Assembly (NCBI GenBank): GCA_018302765.1
Contig: JAGVZG010000001.1
Coordinates: 1-64,000 of the forward strand
Length of the DNA: 64,000 nucleotides
From: Candidatus Woesearchaeota archaeon
GTDB lineage: Archaea; Nanobdellota; Nanobdellia; SCGC-AAA011-G17; GW2011-AR18
Direction of reading: 5' to 3'
Shown here: in pieces, positions 40,201 to 48,346 of the stretch
Numbering within the stretch: position 1 is the stretch's first letter
Layout: each line of letters starts with the position of its first letter
Translations under genes and position numbers: made by a program
The notes under the pieces: model-generated
Databases searched by the model: none
Told to the model about the DNA's origin: nothing
What the model saw: only the letters and a program-made list of their open reading frames with translations

Positions 40201-40369
40201 AATTATTAAATATATTTTCTATCCCGCCAAATTCTTCTGCTTCTTGTATTATTTGTGATCCATATGGGAATTGTTCTAGAAAATGTTTGTTTGGAATGAA
40301 TCTTAATCTATTCAAAACTCTGCTTATTCCTTGCTCTAGTTCTATAAGTTTCTGAGGTTCTATTTGCAT
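37265..40369 (-). CDS. SNF2-like SF2 helicase/ATPase fused to a class I SAM-dependent methyltransferase
   Basis: Helicase motifs SKPGTRKT (I), LICCPTYIIPTW (Ia), DEIH (II), SGTGIRN (III), REGAD (V), QLLARIVRSG (VI); C-terminal ILDEGSGP and DLIVCSLALDF. Confidence 0.85.
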   Translation of the reverse strand: MQIEPQKLIELEQGISRVLNRLRFIPNKHFLEQFPYGSQIIQEAEEFGGIENIFNNLGRDTYFDASTVDIPSPEQQLAATEIALSGMEGKKRFEFSKPGTRKTIGVLSAIPIINEVFMKELGENGKVKTLICCPTYIIPTWIREAERLLKDPNISVVTRRNRRYSIKKAAREDVDLVLLGYELSHRRTGIDISDPETAAEMEEKYIELLTTVYTKERALEILRNSMIEDHFKEYTRKERSLDALLKRIVIEEKNAEAASIATALRQQAFRADGKPYYVIYDEIHNVIDPDSATAIALGELFRYSKWGTLVSGTGIRNYVSNIAYEFYLMGIIDNPKDFTAVFRDNPKIVRAVLDIHSNPIRELKDVDPDVKEPILINVNYELTEKETDLYIEIINSTLFEGRERYLLLNYLLTNPKKLLPDNFTDSERQDSLKNKIERFFEINPKLREYAENTIPSKLQTTVEIIKKAKKDNKKVIVACEYSTNLTSFLEEKLAEYGCVRIDQTVSAQPVEIQLKNEEIETLRSEGLYEEGQKFRSDLSLAARQRLEIRNYEIWDPSQRDLALLEFQTNPAKTVLSVSYGTLREGADVQEADMLIEYEATTVPARFEQLLARIVRSGKHNEVEVHQPRAVNTFEDSKYKFRDWKAYLINLVFKGEDATPEEINAFIDDTKPEKSAEIGSLLNLNSRSIVALMFNNLRGRGVERFVEEMSAHDNAMFLAKNYNYAWEYSFSSNCARLARDIILGLENKIGRKLEDILDEGSGPATVSRILERKTICIDVNRFQLDYGIDACEEKGNKENKYYLGSYTDLRNLVPHSQENKVFDPKKKYEKTESLEEKSKDLIVCSLALDFATEEERKQYFTENKRVMKNGSYMLIIEPTSKIDISCREQFIKDMTEIGFEIDRQLTGTYKSMKSIDIDTGEEKRNGFEAYVIVAKKIDDKKSRYEEGHYFRMLEEYKIVDGTQNEAEIIKKEAKFRRYECSGFLNIDTDIEPTKIKPTQGEPIHPEILALGETIRETPEEELSRLAAVLRKLAEE

Positions 40370-40374
40370 TTTTA

Positions 40375-42006
40375 TTATGTTGCATCTTTATTCTCACCAG
40401 TTCTTTTTTCTATTTCATCAACAAAGTACTGCCTGTTTATTCCAATGTATGATCTTAATAGTCTAACTAAATATGTACCACATTCAGTTAATGGTCTTTC
40501 TTCATATCTTATTGATGTAAATCTGCCTTTATCTTTATCTAGTAATGAATCATATAATGTTCTGCCAAAAGTACTGCATTCTCCTTGCGTGTTTAATTCA
40601 GTCTTTTTTTCATCAAATACGCCTTTCTCTAATTGTTTTACAAATGCTTTTTTGAGAAGCCTATCGTACAAGTCATATCTTTCTATTAAATTTCCTATGC
40701 CATCTGTGTATTCATTCATTGCACCTCCAATAGTTCTTGGTTCTGATCCTTTATCTGTTTCTTTTTCCATTACACCTTCCATCCATAATCCCGCAACCAA
40801 AAATCTGAAAAATATTTTATCATAAGAATGATCAGGATCTATAACTAATCTGCCAAGATCAGATACTGCTTCAAATATCTTATCTCTAGATGACCTTTCG
40901 TCTTCTGTTGTTCTTAACTTAGGCAAAATGTTCTTTTGTATATATTCATCATTTTTTATATAATCAGCAGCTTTCGCATAAGCAACCCATTTAGCTGTGC
41001 TTGAAATATATCTCTTAAAATCTTCCTTACTCATTTCTATTCCAGTTCTTTTTACTGAATATAGTACGTCCAATGCTAATTGCCTAAAACATATAACAAA
41101 GTGTTCTCCTTTATCATCCAATCTTTTGGATATTTTTTTATCAATGAATCTTTTATACAATGGAAGAACTGATTCTGATTTTTCACATAATTCTCTTAGT
41201 TTTTTCTTTTCGCGATCTTCTCTTATTATATATTCAAGCAGAACTTCTCCAGCTGTTTTCCTTATATCTTCCTTTTCTATTATTTCAGTTATAACTCTTT
41301 TAGTTTTACGGCTTATTTCTCCTCTGTGTTTTGCAACGTATGACGTTATTGATTCTACTTCTATTGTTAAACCTAAATTTGTTGCTGTTTCTAAAAATGC
41401 TGGGTCATTTATTATTTCTTCTAGGTCGTCTCTATTTGTGAATGTACGTGTTTTTTTAATTTTCTCAGGATTAGCTAAAGCAAAGAATGCCAGTGCGTCT
41501 GCATTTTCAATTAAGTAAGTATCTAGTGCTTGGTCTCTAACATATCCTGGTTTGTCTTTTGTTGGTTTAAAGGTTGGCTTTCCTTTTTTACCTGTCTTTT
41601 TCTTTTTAGCTGAGTCTATACGGTTTGATGTGTCAAGCATTGTTGAATAAGCTAATATGTCTGTAATTTCATCTAAACCTTGTTGCGGGTCTGATAGGTC
41701 TAAATTTCCATCTTGGCCTTTTGTGAGTATGACCTTTCCACCTTTCATAATTGTTACATAGTAAATATTACTTCCAGGTATTCTCATCATTACAATTTTG
41801 GTATCTGATCCTGAATTTCCAGTTGGTTCTTCTGAAGTTGTTGTTCTTGCAAGTGGATCTAATCTATGCAATAATTCTTCTAGTTCTCTTCTATCTTGTG
41901 GCCTTTTTGTATCTATATTACCATCTACTGCTAATCTAACTAATTCATGATAACTAAGTCTTTCCTGTCTTGCAAAATCTTTTAGTGTTATTTTACCGTC
42001 TGTCAT
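40375..42006 (-). CDS. Hypothetical protein with N-terminal HTH and a sigma-70 region-2-like segment
   Basis: ITLKDFARQERLSYHELVRLAVDG (excisionase-like HTH); EDFKRYISSTAKWVAYAKAADYIK. Confidence 0.7.
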   Translation of the reverse strand: MTDGKITLKDFARQERLSYHELVRLAVDGNIDTKRPQDRRELEELLHRLDPLARTTTSEEPTGNSGSDTKIVMMRIPGSNIYYVTIMKGGKVILTKGQDGNLDLSDPQQGLDEITDILAYSTMLDTSNRIDSAKKKKTGKKGKPTFKPTKDKPGYVRDQALDTYLIENADALAFFALANPEKIKKTRTFTNRDDLEEIINDPAFLETATNLGLTIEVESITSYVAKHRGEISRKTKRVITEIIEKEDIRKTAGEVLLEYIIREDREKKKLRELCEKSESVLPLYKRFIDKKISKRLDDKGEHFVICFRQLALDVLYSVKRTGIEMSKEDFKRYISSTAKWVAYAKAADYIKNDEYIQKNILPKLRTTEDERSSRDKIFEAVSDLGRLVIDPDHSYDKIFFRFLVAGLWMEGVMEKETDKGSEPRTIGGAMNEYTDGIGNLIERYDLYDRLLKKAFVKQLEKGVFDEKKTELNTQGECSTFGRTLYDSLLDKDKGRFTSIRYEERPLTECGTYLVRLLRSYIGINRQYFVDEIEKRTGENKDAT

Positions 42007-44711
42007 TGTGGTCTTAAATCTCCGAAATATTTTAATTCTATTTTTGCTCCAACTTTAGCTAGGTCAGACGATTCAAGTTTTTTCCTTGTTGTATCTATTA
42101 ATTTTGATAATCTCTCTGGTGTTGTTTGCCTATACACTAATTCTATATAATAACAATTACGTAATTCTCCTGTTTTTATTTCTGCATTTCTTCCCTTTAG
42201 TGTTGAGGCCAATGCTAGTGAAAAATCTAATGCTGCATTACTCCTGAAGTTTTGATTGTTTGTTGGTATTACAAATCTTAATCTATATCCATCTTTTTCT
42301 TGTACGTGATAAGAGAAACAGCCGAAAGTTGCATTTAATGGTATTCTTTTTCTAAATTCTGATGTTTCATCTAAAGCTTTGTTATGCATTATTTTTATAT
42401 TATCTATTTCATTTAATAATGCTTCTTCTTCTTCTTTTATTCTATAATGTTCTTTTTTTGCATCATTGTAATGTCTTATCAATTCTCTTGCTGCTCTTTC
42501 ATCTTCATTTAAAGATTCATCTTTTCTATGCTTAAATGTTCTCTCTGCTAGTGTAGCCATTTTATATGCAAGATTATGCTCTTCTGCATATCCAGTTTGG
42601 TCGAATTCAACATTATAATATTTCAATTTTTCAGATAATTCATCTATAGTCAATTCTCTATTTCTTAATTTTGGATCAATCTCTATTAATCTACTTCCTA
42701 ATTTTTCATATATTAGTTCTTTTAGATCTGTTTGTGCAATTACTAGATTTTCAGGTATTCCTTCTGGGAATAGTTTATTATATTCTTCAATTGCTGCATT
42801 TAGTTCTGGTGAATAGACTTTTCTAAATGCTTCAACTAAAATTTCTTCTGCTGTAAGATTTACAATTGAATTTTCTTTTACTAACATTTCTAATTCTGAC
42901 TTTTCTTTTTCTAATGCTGTTGCTATTTCTTTTAGTTCTTCAAGTCTAGCTTCTGTTTTTATAAGTTTTTGTTCTTCTACTTTAGCTGCTTCTCTTAGTT
43001 TTGCTTCAGCAGCACTTACTGTTTCTCTTCTTTTTTCTTCTATTGCTGCTAACAATCCTGATTTATAATTTGCTAAATCTTTATCATTATCTAATTTAGT
43101 TTCAAATGGTGATTTGTGGTTAACACTTATTGCAATTTCATGTAGAAGTGCTTCTATTGAAGTAGCGTATGTATTTGCATTTCTTGACTCTTTCTTTGCT
43201 TCAGTTATTCTTCTCTTATTTTCATCTAATGCTGCTAACAATCCTTGAGTGTATGTTGCAAGTTTTGTTTTACTTTTTGGCTCTATTTCAGTTTTGTATT
43301 CTACTGCTTCAGCTATATTTGCTAATAATACCAATACACTATCTATGTAAATGTTTGTTCTTTCTAATTCTTGTTTTTTCCCTTCAAGTTCTTCTTCTAT
43401 TCTTCTGAATCCTGCAACTTTATTTTTAGACTTTTCAAATTCTGTTGTTCCTTCAGCTCCGAATGTTTTTTCATACTCTTGTAATCTTCTTGTAAAGTCA
43501 CCTTTATCTTGTTCTTTTTTGCTATAAATTTCTTTATCATCTCTTACAAGTTCTAGGATATCTTTTAATGGAGTAATTTCAGCTTTTCTTTTTGGTAGAT
43601 TTGTTCTTATTGCATCTGCTATAAGATCTGCATCTAATGTTGTATTTTGTACCCTAAATCCTATAACTTTCTTTGTAAGTCCTTTTGGGTCATTATTTGC
43701 TGTTATTTTACCTAAATATACCATATTGTTATTTGGTTCTTTTTTATTAACAAGTTTTTTTAATTCTCTTTCTAATACACCAATATCGCTTGGTTTTTTT
43801 CTTTCTATTATGATATCATAGTGCTTATAACCATCTATTTTATTGTACGTTCTTGAACCACTTGCAACTTTTTTAGCTTTGTCTTTTGGTTCATTAGTTA
43901 CTTCTGTTTTTTTTATCTGTATTTTTTCCCCTTTTAATGCATCCAGAATTCTAATGCTATACCTTTCGAATTGTTCATCATTTAACATATCATTTTCAGT
44001 TGGTGTTGGTTCACCAAGATCTTCTGCGACAGCTGTTAATAGACCTTCTAAGTTTCCTCTATATTTTATTGATCTTTCTTTTTCTTCTATTATATTTCTT
44101 GTTAGTTCTTCTACTGCTATTTTTAATTTTTTTTCACCTTTTATTGTTCTTCTTTTTGGAAAATCATGGCCTACCGAAGTTGCAATTGTTTCTACAGAAT
44201 CATAAATTGCATCAATTATTTCATTTAATGAAGTTGTTGCGCTTCTACATCTTTCTCCTATATTTGTTTTTATTGCTATGCCAAGTTCTTCAGTATAGCC
44301 AATTAAACCAGGTCTTTTTTCTAATTCTTTTGGCGTTGGAGTTCTATAATCTACAATACGTGCAAGAGTCTTGAATCCTTCTGCAAGTGCATTTAGATCT
44401 ATATCTTTTGTTTCTTTAACTTCTGCTAATTCTGGCTTATCAACACACGTTATTGAAAATTCCCCAGTATCAAATCTTTTAGTTATTATTCTTCTTAGTG
44501 TGGCTTCATTTAAATCTCTACCTTCTATTTTTACACCAAATTTACGCTCTCTAGAATCTCTTAAATATTCTATATTAACTTTATCAATGTTTTTTCCAAA
44601 CGAACAATCTATTAAATTTTTTAGTATACCTGCTGTTCTTGAATTGCCGCTTGTAACTCTAATTTCATAAATTCTTGCAGTTCTATTTTCTTGATTAGAT
44701 GATGCTATCAT
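42003..44711 (-). CDS. Large coiled-coil protein with internal ~50-aa repeats
   Basis: 902 aa; heptad-rich segments and repeated LL..IA..V...LA.Y..GLLAA units; no Walker A. Confidence 0.85.
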   Translation of the reverse strand: MIASSNQENRTARIYEIRVTSGNSRTAGILKNLIDCSFGKNIDKVNIEYLRDSRERKFGVKIEGRDLNEATLRRIITKRFDTGEFSITCVDKPELAEVKETKDIDLNALAEGFKTLARIVDYRTPTPKELEKRPGLIGYTEELGIAIKTNIGERCRSATTSLNEIIDAIYDSVETIATSVGHDFPKRRTIKGEKKLKIAVEELTRNIIEEKERSIKYRGNLEGLLTAVAEDLGEPTPTENDMLNDEQFERYSIRILDALKGEKIQIKKTEVTNEPKDKAKKVASGSRTYNKIDGYKHYDIIIERKKPSDIGVLERELKKLVNKKEPNNNMVYLGKITANNDPKGLTKKVIGFRVQNTTLDADLIADAIRTNLPKRKAEITPLKDILELVRDDKEIYSKKEQDKGDFTRRLQEYEKTFGAEGTTEFEKSKNKVAGFRRIEEELEGKKQELERTNIYIDSVLVLLANIAEAVEYKTEIEPKSKTKLATYTQGLLAALDENKRRITEAKKESRNANTYATSIEALLHEIAISVNHKSPFETKLDNDKDLANYKSGLLAAIEEKRRETVSAAEAKLREAAKVEEQKLIKTEARLEELKEIATALEKEKSELEMLVKENSIVNLTAEEILVEAFRKVYSPELNAAIEEYNKLFPEGIPENLVIAQTDLKELIYEKLGSRLIEIDPKLRNRELTIDELSEKLKYYNVEFDQTGYAEEHNLAYKMATLAERTFKHRKDESLNEDERAARELIRHYNDAKKEHYRIKEEEEALLNEIDNIKIMHNKALDETSEFRKRIPLNATFGCFSYHVQEKDGYRLRFVIPTNNQNFRSNAALDFSLALASTLKGRNAEIKTGELRNCYYIELVYRQTTPERLSKLIDTTRKKLESSDLAKVGAKIELKYFGDLRPQ

Positions 44712-44761
44712 TTTATTTACTTTTTAGTGGTTAATATTCAGCTAATGCAGTAGAATTTAAC

Positions 44762-44775
44762 TTATAAAACTTTCC
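44762..44775 (-). promoter_or_regulatory. BRE/TATA-like promoter of the five-gene operon
   Basis: Minus strand GGAAAGTTTTATAA about 50 nt upstream of ATG 44711, matching the motif seen before other genes here. Confidence 0.5.
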
Positions 44776-44871
44776 ATCTGTTAGTAGTAACTTTTCTTTT
44801 TATTATTACTATTATTATAATTTAGAAAATACTTTGTTAAAGGCAGTTTTGTTTAGAAAGTTATATAAACA

Positions 44872-45360
44872 ATGGTCTTTAAGAAACGTTTAATGCAAAA
44901 AACAAGGTTTGCCAAAGCAACAATACAATATAACACTGCTCCAGTTTGGAAGAGGTTCTTGGCTTATTTACTAGATCTGATTTTGGTTAACTTAATAGTC
45001 AGCTTGCCTTTTAGAAATTATTTTAAGGATTTTAGCATTAGTAGTTTAGTATTAAAAAGTACAGATACTGGTTTATTTTTGGTCAGTATTTTTGTAACTG
45101 TAGCTTTGATTTTGTATTTTTCAATTTTGGAGCTTAAAACAGGACAGACTTTAGGCAAAATGATTTTTAGTATTCGTGCAGTTTCTTTGCTAGGAAAGAG
45201 TATGAATTTTTCTCAGGCATTTTTAAGAAATTTAACAAAGCCTTTTCCGATAGTTTTATTAGTTGATGTTGCATATATGTTTTTTAGGGGCGGAAATCAA
45301 AGGCTATTTGAAGTTTTTAGCAGAACTGCTGTAGTTGAAAAGGAGATGAAATTTAAATGA
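44872..45360 (+). CDS. RDD family membrane protein (true start probably ATG 44893)
   Basis: APVWKRFLAYLLD, GQTLGKM, QRLFE; a TATA at 44861-44868 fits a start at 44893. Confidence 0.9.
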   Translation: MVFKKRLMQKTRFAKATIQYNTAPVWKRFLAYLLDLILVNLIVSLPFRNYFKDFSISSLVLKSTDTGLFLVSIFVTVALILYFSILELKTGQTLGKMIFSIRAVSLLGKSMNFSQAFLRNLTKPFPIVLLVDVAYMFFRGGNQRLFEVFSRTAVVEKEMKFK

Positions 45361-46253
45361 ATAAGTGGCTATTTGCTTTTTTAGTTTTAGTTGCTTTATA
45401 TTTAGCTGGTAGTTTAATTTCTTTATTTTTATTTAGAAATGATGGTGTTGTTTTAGGAGATAAGATTGTTGTTGTTCCTTTGGATGGAGAGATAACTGTT
45501 TCTGGAAACCAGGATTTTTTTCAGGTTGGAGGAGTGTCTTCTACTGAACTAATTAAAACTATAAAAGAATTAGATGAAGATAGTTCTGTCAAGGGTGTGA
45601 TATTTGAGATTAATAGTCCTGGAGGCGGAGTTGTAGCTAGCCAGGAAATAGCAAGTGCAGTTAAAAGTATGAACAAAACTAAATATTCCGTTATAAGAGA
45701 ATTTGGAGCTTCTGGGGCTTACTGGATTGCAAGTGCTACAGACAAGATAATTGTTAGTCCTTTAAGCATAACAGGAAGCATTGGTGTTTACGGAAGCTAT
45801 CTGGAATTTAGTGAGTTGTTTGATAAATATGGAGTTGGTTATCAAAGACTAGTAAGCGGGAAATACAAAGATTTAGGAGTTCCTTATAGAAATTTAACTG
45901 ATGAGGAGAGAAAATTATTCCAAGGCAAGTTAGATATTATTCATGAATATTTTATAATGGACGTTGCTAAAAACAGGCATATGAATTTTGATAATGTTAA
46001 AGATGTAGCAACTGGAGAATTTTTCTTAGGAGTTGAAGCTAAAAAAATTGGCTTGGTTGATGAACTTGGAGACAAAGATACTGCTGTTGAACTTATGAAA
46101 AAACAGCTTAATTTGACAGATGTTGGCATTGTTGAAAGTAGAAAGAAAGTAACTTTGTTAGATAGATTTTTTGGAGATGTTGCATATCAATTAGGAAGGG
46201 GTTTTGGAAAGAGTATAGTTGAATTTAATACTAGGCTTAGAATCAATGCTTAA
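45357..46253 (+). CDS. sppA: Signal peptide peptidase SppA (S49)
   Basis: INSPGG, GASGAYWIA, TGSIGV, SGKYKD. Confidence 0.96.
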   Translation: MNKWLFAFLVLVALYLAGSLISLFLFRNDGVVLGDKIVVVPLDGEITVSGNQDFFQVGGVSSTELIKTIKELDEDSSVKGVIFEINSPGGGVVASQEIASAVKSMNKTKYSVIREFGASGAYWIASATDKIIVSPLSITGSIGVYGSYLEFSELFDKYGVGYQRLVSGKYKDLGVPYRNLTDEERKLFQGKLDIIHEYFIMDVAKNRHMNFDNVKDVATGEFFLGVEAKKIGLVDELGDKDTAVELMKKQLNLTDVGIVESRKKVTLLDRFFGDVAYQLGRGFGKSIVEFNTRLRINA

Positions 46254-46717
46254 ATTTTTAGTTCTCTTACTGCTATATTTATTAGATTATCTCTTGAGTT
46301 TTTTTCACTTAGCAGATAGTGGTTAGTCCCTGCTTTTAGATAGCTTTCTTTTTCATTTTCATAGTTGCTGGTAACTATAACAGGAGTTTTTTTATTTGCT
46401 GAATCTTCACCTCTTATTATCTCTATTAGCCTTAGTGATGATCTTATGTGATCTTCTGGCTTTGTTTTACCTTGTTTTTTTACCTTGCTAATTATTTTCA
46501 TTATTTTTTGGTCACTGCAGTTTTCTCCTAAGTTTGCGTAAGTATCAATTACTATTAAGTCTAAAACACTTTCTTCTACTTCTGTTATAGCGTTACATAT
46601 AGATAATATTGGCCTAACTCCAAAGTCTATTTCTCTTCTTGAGCCGTATAAATTCCTAGCAAAATCTCTTGCTGATAATGGATCTTTGTTTATCCAGGCA
46701 ATAACTTTATACGTCAT
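46250..46717 (-). CDS. Orphan CheY-like receiver-domain protein
   Basis: DLIVIDT, TPVIVTS, KAGTNHYL pattern. Confidence 0.65.
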   Translation of the reverse strand: MTYKVIAWINKDPLSARDFARNLYGSRREIDFGVRPILSICNAITEVEESVLDLIVIDTYANLGENCSDQKIMKIISKVKKQGKTKPEDHIRSSLRLIEIIRGEDSANKKTPVIVTSNYENEKESYLKAGTNHYLLSEKNSRDNLINIAVRELKI

Positions 46718-46809
46718 AAGATTTGTCTTGGAGAAAAACTTAAATTCGTTTTGATTACTGGTTTGTTTTTAAAGCAAAGCTTTAAATTGTTTCTTTGGTT
46801 TATTTATTT

Positions 46810-47075
46810 GCAGGCAGGCTGGAGAGCTCGTCCTACTCTGTAAGCACAAACGGACGTCATGGTGTAGCTGATGCTTGGTGGGCGGTGTTGCTATTGTGGT
46901 AGGTCTTAGTAACTACAATGATAATCTGTCTTGATTGGTTGAAGCAGTTATGAAATGTGTCAGGTCAGGAATGAAGCAGCACTAAATGATTGCTCCAATG
47001 CTTTCAGGGTAGCGGATTTGAGGAATGGCTAGGGTAAACCTAACATGATAGGAATATCAACCTCTGGGCGCCTGC
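46810..47075 (+). ncRNA. ffs: Signal recognition particle (7S) RNA
   Basis: Terminal GCAGGC/GCCTGC helix, Alu-domain UGUAA, helix-8 motif TCAGGTCAGGAATGAAGCAGC at 46960-46980. Confidence 0.92.
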
Positions 47076-47084
47076 GTTTTTACT

Positions 47085-47831
47085 ATGAAAGAAATTATTA
47101 AAAAAATAAAATCTAAAAAAACATTGGATAGATTAGATGATACATTTGTTGAAAGTTTTCTAAATATTTTTTTGAAGAAAAATTCAAAATTAAATAAAAA
47201 ATATTTAGATGGAGAATTAAAGAAAAAAGACATAAGGATTATAGTTAAGTCAGTCAGGAATAATTTGAACAGATTTTATGGACAGTTTTGGACTAGTGAC
47301 AAATTAAAATTGGAATCACATAGGTCTACTAAGGAAAGACTAGGAATCTATGATAAATTATATAGTTTTATTTTTTCTATTACTTGTAGGCCTAAAACAA
47401 TTCTGGACTTGGCTTGTGGTTTAAATCCATTGACTTACAAGAACATAGGCAATGATATTTATTTTATAGCTGTGGAACTTACAGAATATGACTGCGGTAA
47501 AATTAAAGAGTATTTTGAAAGGGAAAACATTAAAGGAGAGGTTATAAGAGCAGATCTTAGAACTTATAATACGTTCCCGAGTGCAGATCTGTGCTTTATG
47601 TTTAAAATTTTGGATAGCTTAGGAGGCAATAACAATTTAATTGCTGAGAACTTGATCAGAAGCGTAAAAGCAAAATATATTGTTGCTAGTTTTTCAACTA
47701 AAAATGTTAAAGGAAAAAAGATGAATTATCCCAAGAGAGGATGGTTTGAGATAATGCTTAGAAGGATAGGATATAGGTTTGTTAAGTTTGACACAAACAA
47801 TGAGGTCTTTTACATTATTAAAAAATTATAG
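47085..47831 (+). CDS. ArmA/RmtB/FmrO-family rRNA methyltransferase homolog
   Basis: HRSTKERL and ILDLACGLNPL family signatures. Confidence 0.85.
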   Translation: MKEIIKKIKSKKTLDRLDDTFVESFLNIFLKKNSKLNKKYLDGELKKKDIRIIVKSVRNNLNRFYGQFWTSDKLKLESHRSTKERLGIYDKLYSFIFSITCRPKTILDLACGLNPLTYKNIGNDIYFIAVELTEYDCGKIKEYFERENIKGEVIRADLRTYNTFPSADLCFMFKILDSLGGNNNLIAENLIRSVKAKYIVASFSTKNVKGKKMNYPKRGWFEIMLRRIGYRFVKFDTNNEVFYIIKKL

Positions 47832-48308
47832 TTATTTTGTGATGTTTCTTACGTCTATAATTTCTGTTGATATTTTACCTAAGTTTCTAACTATCAGATC
47901 ATACATTTTTTCTATTGTAATTTCCAGTATTACTTCTTTGAGAGGACCATTGCAGTAATCATTAAGATTTTCTATATCTTTTACTGGCTTATTTCTTAGT
48001 ATTTCAACAGGAATGGAGCATTTCATGCTTCTTCCGTTTAGTGCATCTCTCAAGTCTTTTGGCTGGTTATTTGATAGATTTAGAAGAGTAGCTTCTATTA
48101 TGCAGTTTTCTTTTTTCTTGCCAAGTATCTCATAGTTATATTTATTGTCATTACTAAATGTTACCACTTTCGCTATCGAGCATTTTGCTGCTGCCTTATT
48201 AAAGCATATATCATCAGAATTACAGTTTTTTGGTCTTGTGATTAATATTAATGAGGCTATAGCAACTATAACTATTAAAAGTGCCATCACCTTTTTTTTA
48301 CTTTTCAT
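47832..48308 (-). CDS. Hypothetical membrane-anchored Cys-containing protein
   Basis: N-terminal TM helix; CNSDDICF..AAKC pattern. Confidence 0.75.
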   Translation of the reverse strand: MKSKKKVMALLIVIVAIASLILITRPKNCNSDDICFNKAAAKCSIAKVVTFSNDNKYNYEILGKKKENCIIEATLLNLSNNQPKDLRDALNGRSMKCSIPVEILRNKPVKDIENLNDYCNGPLKEVILEITIEKMYDLIVRNLGKISTEIIDVRNITK

Positions 48309-48346
48309 TATACTTCTTTAAAAAATTTGAAACTTAAAAGCTTTTC

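Noticed and set aside
37206-44670. Plus-strand ORFs inside the operon (e.g. 37206-37529, 40364-40825, 40997-41518, 44000-44374)
   Set aside because: They are antisense shadows of long coding genes with Phe/Leu/Ser-rich, non-protein-like composition
35517-44711. A-rich codon style of the five-gene operon as evidence of horizontal transfer
   Set aside because: Minus-strand housekeeping genes (cysS, dnaG, PGM) show the same A-richness, so it reflects window-wide strand skew rather than foreign origin
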